Shown: piece by piece, positions 49,411 through 58,876 of the stretch | Position numbering within the stretch: position 1 is the stretch's first letter | Layout: every line of letters starts with the position of its first letter | NCBI GenBank assembly: GCA_902526045.1 | Contig: CABZJI010000001.1 | Location: forward strand, 529,416-593,415 | Direction of reading: 5' to 3' | DNA length: 64,000 nucleotides | Source: an uncultured SAR86 cluster bacterium | GTDB lineage: Bacteria; Pseudomonadota; Gammaproteobacteria; Magnimaribacterales; AG-339-G14 | Program-made: the position numbers and the translations under genes | The notes under the pieces: model-generated | Databases searched by the model: none | What the model was told of the DNA's origin: nothing | The model's input: the letters and a program-made list of their open reading frames with translations, nothing else

Positions 49411-50460
49411 ATGGCTTCATATTTTAAGAATCTTATTGATAAATATTTTCATACAGAAGATCAAATTTCTTTGTCAATTTTATTAGTTTTTATTGGAATT
49501 ATCGTAATTTTCTTTGGCTCAATACTTACGCCATTATTTATAAGCGCTCTAGTTGCTTATTTATTGAACAGCATTGTCACTGCATTAGATAGAAGGGGAT
49601 TTTCAAGACCAATAGGGCTTACTATTTCGATAACTCTGTTTTTTGCTCTTTACCTTTCATTATTTTTAATTTTTCCTTTATTATCAAGACAAATAATCGG
49701 CCTAGTAAACGAATTACCAAGAATCGTAGAAAATTTAGAAGATATTCTTGTGAATTTCTTTAATGATTACCCAGAATTTTTTACCTCAGAGCAAATTGAG
49801 AATTTAAGCGTTACAGTAACTTCAAGCCTGCCAAATATTCTTGAACAAACTTTATTACAACTTAATGCTGGCTTTTCAGCAGCAATGAGTGCCCTTATTT
49901 ATTTAGTTCTAATACCTTTTCTGGTATTTTTCTTTTTGAAAGATAAGAAGCAAATGCTTGAGTACGTAGCTTATTTTCTTCCCAGTGATAAAAGCTCCGC
50001 ATCAAAAATATGGATAGAACTTGATTCTCAACTTTTTAAATATCTTCGTGGGAAAGTTCTTGAATTAATTATAGTAGGAATTGTCACTACAACGGCATTT
50101 TCTCTACTAGGCGCCAATTATTCTCTTTTGCTTGGAATATTAGTTGGGTTATCAGTATTAATTCCATTGTTTGGAGCTATTTTCGTAACGATACCCGTCG
50201 TAATTGTTGGTTATTTTCAATGGGGATTAGATATGAATTATTTAATTTTCCTTTCAACTTATTTGATCATTCAAGGGCTTGATGGAAATGTATTGTTTCC
50301 GCTTCTGATTGGAAGAGAAGTAAATCTCCATCCAGTATTAATAGTCTTAGCAATTCTTATTTTCGGGGGTATATGGGGTTTTTGGGGAGTTTTATTAGCA
50401 GTCCCTTTAGCTACTGCTATAAGGGCAGTTATAAAGTCTTGGCCAGTTGTAAATAATTAG
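49411..50460 (+). CDS. perM: AI-2E family transporter (PerM/UPF0118 permease)
   Basis: 349 aa polytopic protein with the typical AI-2E topology. Divergent from bepA as perM is in E. coli. Confidence 0.75.
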   Translation: MASYFKNLIDKYFHTEDQISLSILLVFIGIIVIFFGSILTPLFISALVAYLLNSIVTALDRRGFSRPIGLTISITLFFALYLSLFLIFPLLSRQIIGLVNELPRIVENLEDILVNFFNDYPEFFTSEQIENLSVTVTSSLPNILEQTLLQLNAGFSAAMSALIYLVLIPFLVFFFLKDKKQMLEYVAYFLPSDKSSASKIWIELDSQLFKYLRGKVLELIIVGIVTTTAFSLLGANYSLLLGILVGLSVLIPLFGAIFVTIPVVIVGYFQWGLDMNYLIFLSTYLIIQGLDGNVLFPLLIGREVNLHPVLIVLAILIFGGIWGFWGVLLAVPLATAIRAVIKSWPVVNN

Positions 50461-50930
50461 CTTTTTAAATGCTCTTCTAGAGTTTCTAAAACTTCTTGGG
50501 CATGTCCAGGGACTTTAACGTTTCTCCATTCCTTGATTAATTTGTTGCTTGAGTCGATGAGGAAAGTACTTCTTTCTATGCCCATGTATTTTTTTCCATA
50601 CATACTTTTTTCCTTAATTACATCAAACAGTTTACAAAGTTTTTCATCAGGATCGCTAATAAGCTCAAAAGGAAATTTAAATTTTTCTTTGAAATTCTCA
50701 TGAGATTTTAAACTCTCTCTGGAAACACCAAAAATTTCAGCATTTGCATTTTCAAACTTCTTATATAAATCTCTAAAATTTTCTCCTTCCGTTGTGCATC
50801 CTGGAGTATTATCTTTTGGGTAAAAATATATTACTAAATTCTTCTTATTACTCTTCGAATCAAAAGTAGAGTCATTAGTAGCATCCGCTTTGAAATCAGG
50901 AATTTTTTTGCCATCTGTTATTTTTCCCAT
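50457..50930 (-). CDS. bcp: thiol peroxidase Bcp (peroxiredoxin)
   Basis: YFYPKDNTPGCTTE peroxidatic Cys motif. 157 aa. Confidence 0.93.
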   Translation of the reverse strand: MGKITDGKKIPDFKADATNDSTFDSKSNKKNLVIYFYPKDNTPGCTTEGENFRDLYKKFENANAEIFGVSRESLKSHENFKEKFKFPFELISDPDEKLCKLFDVIKEKSMYGKKYMGIERSTFLIDSSNKLIKEWRNVKVPGHAQEVLETLEEHLKS

Positions 50931-51000
50931 CTATGTTTCCTCTCAAAAAAAGTAATTTATTTAAAGCAATAATATACAATTCAATTTGATAAAAAGAAAT

Positions 51001-51879
51001 ATGTTAGTTAAGGGAAGTATTGTTGCTATCGTAACTCCTATGAAGGCAAACGGAGATATTGACCTTGATATCCTAGATAAACTCGTAGATTTTCATATCG
51101 TATCAGGAACAAAAGGAATTGTTGCAGTAGGCACAACAGGTGAATCTGCTACTTTGGAGGTTTCCGAACATATATCGGTTATAGAAAGGATCGTTAAGAG
51201 AGCAAATAATAAGATCTTTATTTTTGCTGGAACAGGAGCAAATAGTACAAAGGAGGCAATTTATTTAAGTAAATCAGCCAAAAGTGCTGGTGCTGATGCA
51301 TCATTATCAGTAACACCTTATTACAACAAGCCTACACAAGAAGGCTTATTCCAACACTATTCACAAATCGCAGATCAAGTTGATTTTCCTCAAGTCCTTT
51401 ATAACGTTCCTGGTAGAACGAGTAGTGATTTGTTACCTGAAACAATTGCTAAGTTGGCACCCCATGAGAATATTTTAGGTATTAAGGAAGCAACAGGAGA
51501 TTTATCAAGATTAGAGGATTTAAAAAAACTAATAAAAGACGAAACTTTTTTTCTTTATTCTGGTGACGATGCGACTGCAACAGACTTTATTTTAAACGGA
51601 GGCCATGGAAATATTTCAGTTACTGCCAATGTAGTCCCTGAAATTATGTCTAAATTATGTGATTTAGCTCTTGAAAAATCTTCAGAAGCAAAAGTTATAG
51701 AAAAAAAGATTTCAAATTTAAACACAATGCTTTTTTTAGAATCTAATCCAATACCTGTAAAATGGGTATTAAATAGAATGGGCTTGATGGATATAGGAAT
51801 AAGATTACCTTTGACAAACCTATCTAAAAAGCATCATCAAACTTTTGAAGAAGAACTAATAAAACTAAAGCTAATTTGA
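51001..51879 (+). CDS. dapA: 4-hydroxy-tetrahydrodipicolinate synthase
   Basis: ATG 51001 gives MLVKGSIVAIVTPM, the typical DapA start. The track TTG at 50986 is in frame. GTTGESATL and YNVPGRT motifs. Confidence 0.94.
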   Translation: MLVKGSIVAIVTPMKANGDIDLDILDKLVDFHIVSGTKGIVAVGTTGESATLEVSEHISVIERIVKRANNKIFIFAGTGANSTKEAIYLSKSAKSAGADASLSVTPYYNKPTQEGLFQHYSQIADQVDFPQVLYNVPGRTSSDLLPETIAKLAPHENILGIKEATGDLSRLEDLKKLIKDETFFLYSGDDATATDFILNGGHGNISVTANVVPEIMSKLCDLALEKSSEAKVIEKKISNLNTMLFLESNPIPVKWVLNRMGLMDIGIRLPLTNLSKKHHQTFEEELIKLKLI

Positions 51880-51880
51880 T

Positions 51881-52828
51881 ATGAGATTTTTTGTATTACT
51901 TTTAATTTTAAGCAGTTGCGTATCTGATCCTTCAAAACAAACTAGAAATGCTTACTTATTGGAAGAGGAAGACAGTACTTTATCTGAAGTAATTGATGAT
52001 ATTTCAATTCTTTTAGACTTGTATCCAATAAGCGGTGAAATCGATAAGAACAATTTAAGCTATGACTTACAAAGACCAAGCCAATATTTTTCCTCAGGAA
52101 GTAATAATGAAATAAGACTTCATAAACTAGGTCAAATTAGATGGCTTTATGTAGAATCTTTACCGAGCTCTGTATGGCCCATTTTGAATCAATATATTGA
52201 AAATGAAGACAATTTAACTGTCAGGATTTCTGATCCAGATGAGGGAATCATTGAAACAGATATCTTCAACAGAAAAAATAGAGAGGTAAAGTATCGATTT
52301 AAAGTTGAGCATGGAATAAGACAGGCTAGTACAGAGTTATTTTTCTCTGAGCTTGTTAAAGAAGATGATAGTTGGGCTATTTTAGATAATGATAATTCAG
52401 GAGCAGATGAGTTTTTGAGAAATTTATTAGATTATTTTTCTTCAGCTACTGTTTCTCAAGGTACTTCTTTGGTTGCCTTAAACTTAAATCAAGGTAGAAA
52501 GTCAGAGGTAATAAAGGCAAATGATGGAAAATCATTCATAAAGCTAAGCATAGGTTTTGCTCGAACTTGGGCAGCTCTAAACAGAGCTTTGAAAGAGGCT
52601 GCTATCAAAGTTAAAGATCTAAATAGGGAAGAAGGGTATGTTTTGATTAATTATGGCTTACCAGGAGAAGAAGGTATTCTAACAAGGCTAAGAAAAAGTG
52701 AACCTAAAGAGTATAAAATTATTGTAAGATCATCATCAGAGGAATCAACTCAAATAATGCTCGATTCTGATAAATGGAATGATGAACTTGAAAGTCTTCT
52801 ATCCGAAATTAATCAATCTCTATCATAA
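51881..52828 (+). CDS. bamC: outer membrane protein assembly factor BamC (NlpB)-like lipoprotein
   Basis: Lipobox LILSSC. Conserved dapA-bamC-purC position. No motif verified beyond that. Confidence 0.6.
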   Translation: MRFFVLLLILSSCVSDPSKQTRNAYLLEEEDSTLSEVIDDISILLDLYPISGEIDKNNLSYDLQRPSQYFSSGSNNEIRLHKLGQIRWLYVESLPSSVWPILNQYIENEDNLTVRISDPDEGIIETDIFNRKNREVKYRFKVEHGIRQASTELFFSELVKEDDSWAILDNDNSGADEFLRNLLDYFSSATVSQGTSLVALNLNQGRKSEVIKANDGKSFIKLSIGFARTWAALNRALKEAAIKVKDLNREEGYVLINYGLPGEEGILTRLRKSEPKEYKIIVRSSSEESTQIMLDSDKWNDELESLLSEINQSLS

Positions 52829-52836
52829 TTATTGAT

Positions 52837-53550
52837 ATGAAAAAAATAGAACTTTTATCTAGCGGCAAAGCAAAATCTTTATACACTACAGATAATTCTG
52901 ATCAGCTTATTATGGAGTACAGAGATGATACCTCCGCTTTTGACGGGAAAAAGATTGAAAAACTTGCCGGCAAAGGAATAGTAAATAACCGCTTTAATGC
53001 ACATGTAATGCACTATATTGAAAATTCTGGGGTACCTACTCATTTTATTGAAGAGGTTTCGGATAATGAAAGCCTTGTGAGAAAATTAGACATGGTCCCA
53101 ATTGAATGCGTTGTTAGAAATATTACAGCTGGGAGTATATGTAAAAGATTGGGGCTGAAGGAAGGAATGGAACTGAATCCTCCAACGTTTGAATTTTTTT
53201 ATAAAGACGACGAACTTGGCGATCCTATGGTTAATGAATTCCATATCATTTCATTCAATTGGGGAACAGAACAGGATATCGAAGAAATGCGAGAATTAAC
53301 TTTCAAGGTCAATAACATTTTAAAAAAAATGTTTTCTGATGGCGGGTTACTTCTTGTTGATTTCAAACTTGAATTTGGAAGACAAGACGGAAAAATGTAT
53401 CTGGGCGATGAAATGACTCCGGATGGATGCAGGGTATGGGATGCAGAAACAAGACAAAAACTTGATAAGGACAGATTTAGATTGGGATTAGGCGACGTTG
53501 TAGAATCTTATCAAGAAATAGCGCATAGAATTGGTATAGATATTAACTAG
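52837..53550 (+). CDS. purC: SAICAR synthetase
   Basis: GKAKSLY start, RDDTSAFDG, LVDFKLEFG, DEMTPDGCRVWD motifs. Confidence 0.96.
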   Translation: MKKIELLSSGKAKSLYTTDNSDQLIMEYRDDTSAFDGKKIEKLAGKGIVNNRFNAHVMHYIENSGVPTHFIEEVSDNESLVRKLDMVPIECVVRNITAGSICKRLGLKEGMELNPPTFEFFYKDDELGDPMVNEFHIISFNWGTEQDIEEMRELTFKVNNILKKMFSDGGLLLVDFKLEFGRQDGKMYLGDEMTPDGCRVWDAETRQKLDKDRFRLGLGDVVESYQEIAHRIGIDIN

Positions 53551-53556
53551 TCTTAA

Positions 53557-55230
53557 ATGAGTTTCTTAAAAAACCAAAAAAAAATTTCAGGTGCAGAACT
53601 ATTCATAAAATGCCTAGAGCAAGAAGGAGTAGAGTATATTTTTGGTCTTCCTGGCGAGGAAAATTTAGATTTTTTAGAGCATCTCAGTAAGTCGGATAAA
53701 ATCAAATTAATACTCACAAGGCATGAGCAGGGTGCTGGTTTTATGGCAGCTACTTACGGAAGATTAACTGGGAAAGCAGGAGTCTGTTTGTCAACTCTTG
53801 GTCCCGGTGCAACAAATTTAATTACTTCTGCTGCATACGCTCAACTTGGTGGAGTGCCGATGTTAATGATCACCGGCCAAAAACCTATAAAAAGCTCTAA
53901 ACAAGGAAAATTTCAAATTTTAGATGTTGTCGATTTGATGCAACCGATAACCAAATATACAAACCAAATCACATCCGCAAACCTTATTCCATCCAGAGTC
54001 AGAGAAGCATTTAGAATAGCTGAAGAGGAGAAACCAGGGGCAGTTCATTTAGAATTACCTGAAGATATAGCATCAGAAACATCAAGAAGGATTCCTCTTC
54101 CTAGAAGTATTTCTAGAAGACCAGTTCCTGATGAAAAAGCTATCATTCAAGCTACAGATATGATTGAAAAATCTTCAAAGCCAGTATTGATTCTTGGAGG
54201 AGGCGCAAATAGAACTTTAACAAATAAAATGCTCTTAGAATTTGTTGAAAAAACTAAAATTCCATTCATTACTACTCAATTAGGCAAAGGTGTACTTGAT
54301 GAAAGGCATGATTACTTTCTAGGCTGCGCTGCTTTATCTTCAGGTGATTTCGTTCATCAAGCCATTGAAGAGTCTGATTTGATAATTACAGTTGGTCATG
54401 ACGAAGTAGAAAAACCGCCATTTGTTATGAAAGAATTTGATAGAAGGAAAGTGATTCATATCAATCATAGTTCTGCCATTATAGATGCCATATATTTTCC
54501 TCAGTATATGGTCGTAGGAGATATAGCAAATACAATTTGGCAAATTAAAGAAAGAATCAAAAACAATCCTAAATGGGATTTTTCAAAAATGCTTAAAGTA
54601 AGGGTGGCACATTTGGAACATTCAAAAAAAATAAGGGAAGATGATAGATTTCCTATTTTTCCTCCCTATTTAGTAAGACAGATAAGAAATCTTATGCCCT
54701 CTGATGGAATAATTACTCTCGATAATGGAGTTTATAAGCTTTGGTTTGCCAGAGGGTATCCTGCTCTTCATCAAAATACTGTAATTTTAGATAATGCTCT
54801 TGCGAGCATGGGAGCAGGTCTGCCATCAGCAATCACAGCAGCAATGATTTTTCCTGACAAAAAAGTGTTATCTGTTTGTGGCGATGGAGGATTTATGATG
54901 AATAGCCAAGAAATGGAAACAGCTGTCAGATTAGGAGTAAACTTGACTGTTATAATTTTGAACGATAAAGCCTATGGAATGGTTAAATGGAAGCAAGAAA
55001 ATATGAAATTCACTGACTATGGCTTGAGCTTTGAAAACCCAGATTTTGTCAAATATGCTGAGTCTTATGGCGCAACAGGACATCAAATAAATAAATCTAG
55101 TGAACTTTCATCAACAATTGAATATTGCCTCAATACTCCTGGAGTGCACCTAATTGATTGTCCTGTTGACTATAGTGAAAATGATAAAATCCTAAATAAA
55201 GATTTAAAAAGAATTAGTTCTTCACTATAA
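53557..55230 (+). CDS. thiamine-diphosphate enzyme of the acetolactate synthase (AlsS-like) / 2-oxoacid decarboxylase family
   Basis: 557 aa. N-terminal PYR domain GAELFIKCLEQEGVEYIFGLPGEENL...RHEQGAGFMA...GPGATNL. C-terminal TPP motif GDGGFMMNSQEMETAVRL..N..VIILND. Confidence 0.8.
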   Translation: MSFLKNQKKISGAELFIKCLEQEGVEYIFGLPGEENLDFLEHLSKSDKIKLILTRHEQGAGFMAATYGRLTGKAGVCLSTLGPGATNLITSAAYAQLGGVPMLMITGQKPIKSSKQGKFQILDVVDLMQPITKYTNQITSANLIPSRVREAFRIAEEEKPGAVHLELPEDIASETSRRIPLPRSISRRPVPDEKAIIQATDMIEKSSKPVLILGGGANRTLTNKMLLEFVEKTKIPFITTQLGKGVLDERHDYFLGCAALSSGDFVHQAIEESDLIITVGHDEVEKPPFVMKEFDRRKVIHINHSSAIIDAIYFPQYMVVGDIANTIWQIKERIKNNPKWDFSKMLKVRVAHLEHSKKIREDDRFPIFPPYLVRQIRNLMPSDGIITLDNGVYKLWFARGYPALHQNTVILDNALASMGAGLPSAITAAMIFPDKKVLSVCGDGGFMMNSQEMETAVRLGVNLTVIILNDKAYGMVKWKQENMKFTDYGLSFENPDFVKYAESYGATGHQINKSSELSSTIEYCLNTPGVHLIDCPVDYSENDKILNKDLKRISSSL

Positions 55231-55352
55231 AACTTCAAACTATGGTGGTTCTTATTTTAAGATTGGTCTTTGGAAAAAACCTAAAAAAGATAGAAAGCTT
55301 TATCTAAGTTATAATCGCAATTAAGAATTAAAAAATAATTAGGAGTAGTAAA

Positions 55353-56741
55353 ATGACTGAAGCTATGACAGATCAACTTGAGGATTTATCAATCCAAGAT
55401 ATCGTTAATAAGGCGCGCGTTGCACAAAAAGACTTCGAACTTTTTACACAAGAAAAAGTAGATGCCATTGTTCGTGATATTGGTAAGTTTGTTTATGACA
55501 ATGCTGAACCACTAGCAAGAATGGCTGTTGATGAAACAGAAATGGGATCATACGAAGATAAGATATTGAAAAACAAAAGTAAAGCTCGTGTTATTTGGAA
55601 TAATTTAAAGGATAAAAAGTCCCGTGGAGTCATTGATGAAGATTTGGATAGCAACCTTGTGTTTGTTGCGAAACCTATGGGTGTTGTTGCTGCTGTAACT
55701 CCTGTGACAAATCCTATAGTCACACCTATGTGTAACGGCATGTTCGCTCTAAAAACTGGTAATTCTGTAATTTTTGCGGCTCATCCGAAGGCTCAAAATT
55801 GCGCTGAACATTTAACCAAAGAATTTATGAAAATTGTTAAGTTTCATGATGGTCCAGATAATCTTATTCAGGTTGTTACAAAGGGATCCGTAGAAAAAAC
55901 ACAAGAATTAATGAAATGCGCAGATGTTGTTGTTGCAACCGGAGGGGGAGCAATGGTCAAATCTGCATACTCCTCGGGTAAACCTTCCTTTGGGGTTGGG
56001 GCGGGAAATGTCCCAGTAATAATAGATAGGAACATAAATTTACAGGAAGCTGTAGAAAAAATAGTCGATGGAGCATCATTTGATCATGGAATCATCTGTT
56101 CACACGAACAGTTTGTTTTTGCGCCTGAAGAAAATTTCGATGAGACTATAGATTTATTTACTAATACCGGCAAAGTATGGTTCACAGATGATCAAAGTCA
56201 GATACAAAAGTTGCGTAATGTAGTTTTTCAAGATGGACATTTAAACAAAGATGTAGTCGGTAAGTCAGCAAGTGATGTTGGCAAGCTTGCAGGCATTGAG
56301 ATTCCTGACTCATCAAGATTAATACTTTTGCCAGCAGACGGTTCTGGAACTGAAGATGTTCTAGCAAAAGAAAAACTTTGTCCTGTCATAGCTATCGTTC
56401 CATATTCTACTTTTGAAGAGGCCATTAATATGGCTAAATCAAACCTTCTTGTTGAAGGCGCAGGCCATTCTGCTGCACTTCATTCTGATAATGATCAAAA
56501 TATACAGATGGCAGGGTTGGAACTACCAATAAGCCGTCTTGTTGTAAACCAACCAAGCTCCACGACCGCAGGCGGTTCTTTAACAAATGGTTTTGCACCA
56601 ACAACTACACTTGGCTGTGGTTCCTGGGGAGGAAATTCAATATCAGAAAATCTTGATTATAAGCATCTTATGAACGTATCTCGTATCGGTAAAATAATTC
56701 CTGACAAGAAAGTTCCAACAGATGAAGAAATCTGGGCTTAA
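55353..56741 (+). CDS. CoA-acylating aldehyde dehydrogenase (EutE/PduP/SucD/AdhE-N-terminal type)
   Basis: 462 aa. GVGAGNVPVIID and SFDHGIICSHEQ (catalytic Cys about residue 249, compare AdhE FDNGVICASEQ). AGGAG SD upstream. Confidence 0.8.
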   Translation: MTEAMTDQLEDLSIQDIVNKARVAQKDFELFTQEKVDAIVRDIGKFVYDNAEPLARMAVDETEMGSYEDKILKNKSKARVIWNNLKDKKSRGVIDEDLDSNLVFVAKPMGVVAAVTPVTNPIVTPMCNGMFALKTGNSVIFAAHPKAQNCAEHLTKEFMKIVKFHDGPDNLIQVVTKGSVEKTQELMKCADVVVATGGGAMVKSAYSSGKPSFGVGAGNVPVIIDRNINLQEAVEKIVDGASFDHGIICSHEQFVFAPEENFDETIDLFTNTGKVWFTDDQSQIQKLRNVVFQDGHLNKDVVGKSASDVGKLAGIEIPDSSRLILLPADGSGTEDVLAKEKLCPVIAIVPYSTFEEAINMAKSNLLVEGAGHSAALHSDNDQNIQMAGLELPISRLVVNQPSSTTAGGSLTNGFAPTTTLGCGSWGGNSISENLDYKHLMNVSRIGKIIPDKKVPTDEEIWA

Positions 56742-56775
56742 AACTTTATCGAACTTGATCTCTAGCTACCTGAAA

Positions 56776-57077
56776 AGTACCTTAATAAATCGTCATTAAG
56801 ATTGCTTTGTATGAAGGTACATTCATTATCATCTCTTTATCATTGTATGCTTAATGTAATTATGAAACTTTGAATTTTTGCTTGCTTACAAGTAATTAAT
56901 TTCAAAGATATCTTTAAGAACTTTTTATTATAATAAGCATATTCTTTAATGAAATTTTTTATATGTACCTTTTTTCAAGCTATGAATTGTGGTACAGTTA
57001 ATCTCCAATGAATAAAAAATATCTTTTTAAAAGAAATAATACATGGTGGGTAAAAGTTCCTGTACCTTTGTACCTTC
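56776..57077. repeat. cluster of TGTACCTT octamer repeats spanning the iscS upstream region and first codons
   Basis: aGTACCTT 56776-56783 (+). AAGGTACA 56814-56821 (inverted copy). TGTACCTT 56964-56971 (+). Tandem TGTACCTTTGTACCTT 57061-57076 (+). Partial GGTACAG at 56991-56997. Confidence 0.8.
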
Positions 57078-58432
57078 GAGATGATATGGGCTTTGATCTT
57101 AGGAAGTCAACAGGCGAAAAGGATCTTGATAAAGCCCTATTAGCGAGAGATAAAATTGTGCCTGAGCTTAAATCTAAATTTGTATCTGTTCCACAAAAGA
57201 ATCAATTTGCTGAATCTTCTTTTGAAGAAAGGACTACTTATTTTGATTATGCCTCGACAACTCCTGTTGATGAGAGAGTAATTGAAAAAATGAAAGATTG
57301 TTTGTCATTTGAAGGAGTTTTTGGCAATTCTGGATCAAGATCACATGTTTATGGCTGGAAAGCAGAAGAATTGGTCGAGGAGGCACGCGTAAACGTTTCC
57401 AAGCTTTTAAATTGTGACCCTAGGGAAATTATATGGACTTCTGGCGCAACAGAATCCGATAATTTAGCTATTAAAGGAGCTGCTAACTTTTACAAGTCTA
57501 AAGGAAAACATGTAATTACTTCGAAAATAGAACATAAAGCTGTTTTGGATGTTTGCAGGCAGCTGGAAAAAGATAACTATGAGATTACTTACTTAGATCC
57601 TGATGAGAAAGGTGTTATTTCTCCTGCTGCAGTCAAAAAAGCAATTAGGGAAGATACCGTTCTAGTCTCTTTGATGCACATAAATAACGAGATTGGTGTA
57701 ATAAATGACATAGAAGAAATAGGAAATATTACACGAGCAAATAACGTAATATTTCACGTTGATGCAGCCCAGAGTGCTGGAAAAGTACCAATGGATTTAA
57801 GTTCATTGAATGTTGATCTGATGTCTTTTTCTGCTCATAAAATATATGGACCAAAAGGAATAGGCGCTCTATACATCAGCAGAAAACCAAGAATTAGACT
57901 GCAACCTCTTTTTCATGGAGGCGGCCAAGAAAGAGGTATCAGGGCAGGGACACTTCCAACACATCAAATTGTTGGGATGGGAGAGGCCTTTAGAATTGCC
58001 AATGAACAAATGGAGATGGATCATCAAAAACTTACTAATTTCAGATCTATTCTTTGGAATGGTTTGAAGGATATGGAAGAAATTTATGTTAATGGAGCAA
58101 TCGAAAATAGTTTCCCTGGAATATTTAATTTGTCTTTTAATTTTGTAGAAGGAGAATCTTTAATCATGGCATTAAAAAATATCGCAGTTTCTTCTGGATC
58201 AGCTTGTACATCAGCAAGTTTAGAACCATCCTATGTCCTAAGAGCCCTCGGAAGGCCCGATGAATTAGCGCACAGTTCAATTAGATTTTCCTTTGGAAGG
58301 TTTACAAGAAAAGAAGAAGTTGAAAATACAGTTAATTTAGTAAAGAACTCCGTTTCTAAGTTAAGAGAAATTTCACCTTTGTGGGAAATGTATCAAGATG
58401 GAATTGATTTAGATAAAATAGAATGGGCTTAG
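57008..58432 (+). CDS. iscS: cysteine desulfurase IscS with a foreign ~75-aa N-terminal extension resembling a tyrosine-integrase N-terminal (arm-type) domain
   Basis: From residue ~76 ([20 protein letters not shown]) to the end it is colinear with E. coli IscS ([15 protein letters not shown]-Lys, [21 protein letters not shown]). No ATG/GTG/TTG in frame near the canonical start. Residues 4-57: [51 protein letters not shown]. Confidence 0.9.
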   Translation: MNKKYLFKRNNTWWVKVPVPLYLRDDMGFDLRKSTGEKDLDKALLARDKIVPELKSKFVSVPQKNQFAESSFEERTTYFDYASTTPVDERVIEKMKDCLSFEGVFGNSGSRSHVYGWKAEELVEEARVNVSKLLNCDPREIIWTSGATESDNLAIKGAANFYKSKGKHVITSKIEHKAVLDVCRQLEKDNYEITYLDPDEKGVISPAAVKKAIREDTVLVSLMHINNEIGVINDIEEIGNITRANNVIFHVDAAQSAGKVPMDLSSLNVDLMSFSAHKIYGPKGIGALYISRKPRIRLQPLFHGGGQERGIRAGTLPTHQIVGMGEAFRIANEQMEMDHQKLTNFRSILWNGLKDMEEIYVNGAIENSFPGIFNLSFNFVEGESLIMALKNIAVSSGSACTSASLEPSYVLRALGRPDELAHSSIRFSFGRFTRKEEVENTVNLVKNSVSKLREISPLWEMYQDGIDLDKIEWA

Positions 58433-58453
58433 ATGAATTAATGAGGTAGTTAG

Positions 58454-58876
58454 ATGGCATATTCACAAAAAGTAGTTGATAAATTTGAAGAAACTTTAAA
58501 TAATCCTGAAAAGGCTAGCGTCGGCAGATGGAAGCCGGGCGATGAAGATTTTCATAGGGTGGGAACTGGTATTGTTGGAGCTCCAGCTTGTGGAGATGTG
58601 ATGAAACTTCAAATCAAATGTAAGAATATTGATGGAGTAAACAGAATAGTTGATGCAAGATTTAAGACTTATGGATGCGGGTCAGCTATTGCTTCTAGTG
58701 GGCAATTAATTGATATGCTAAAGGGAAAAACTTTGGAAGAAGCTCAGGCTATTTCTAATCAAGAAATTGTTGATATTCTAGAACTGCCCTCAATCAAAAT
58801 ACACTGTAGCGTTCTTGCGGAAGAAGCAATTCATAGAGCAATAGATGATTTCAAGAGCTTAAGAACTAATGACTAA
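58454..58876 (+). CDS. iscU: Fe-S cluster scaffold IscU
   Basis: GAPACGDVMKLQI, KTYGCGSAIASS and IHCSVLAE cluster-ligand motifs. The HscA-binding motif reads LPSIK instead of LPPVK. Confidence 0.96.
   Translation: MAYSQKVVDKFEETLNNPEKASVGRWKPGDEDFHRVGTGIVGAPACGDVMKLQIKCKNIDGVNRIVDARFKTYGCGSAIASSGQLIDMLKGKTLEEAQAISNQEIVDILELPSIKIHCSVLAEEAIHRAIDDFKSLRTND

Noticed and set aside
55242-55307. 21-codon hydrophobic mini-ORF (MVVLILRLVFGKNLKKIESFI) in the spacer between the TPP enzyme and the ALDH. The spacer also contains a GATAgAAAGCTTTATC near-palindrome.
   Set aside because: There is no SD. Short ORFs and 8-bp AT-rich palindromes are expected by chance in AT-rich spacers. There is not enough evidence to call a leader peptide or operator.
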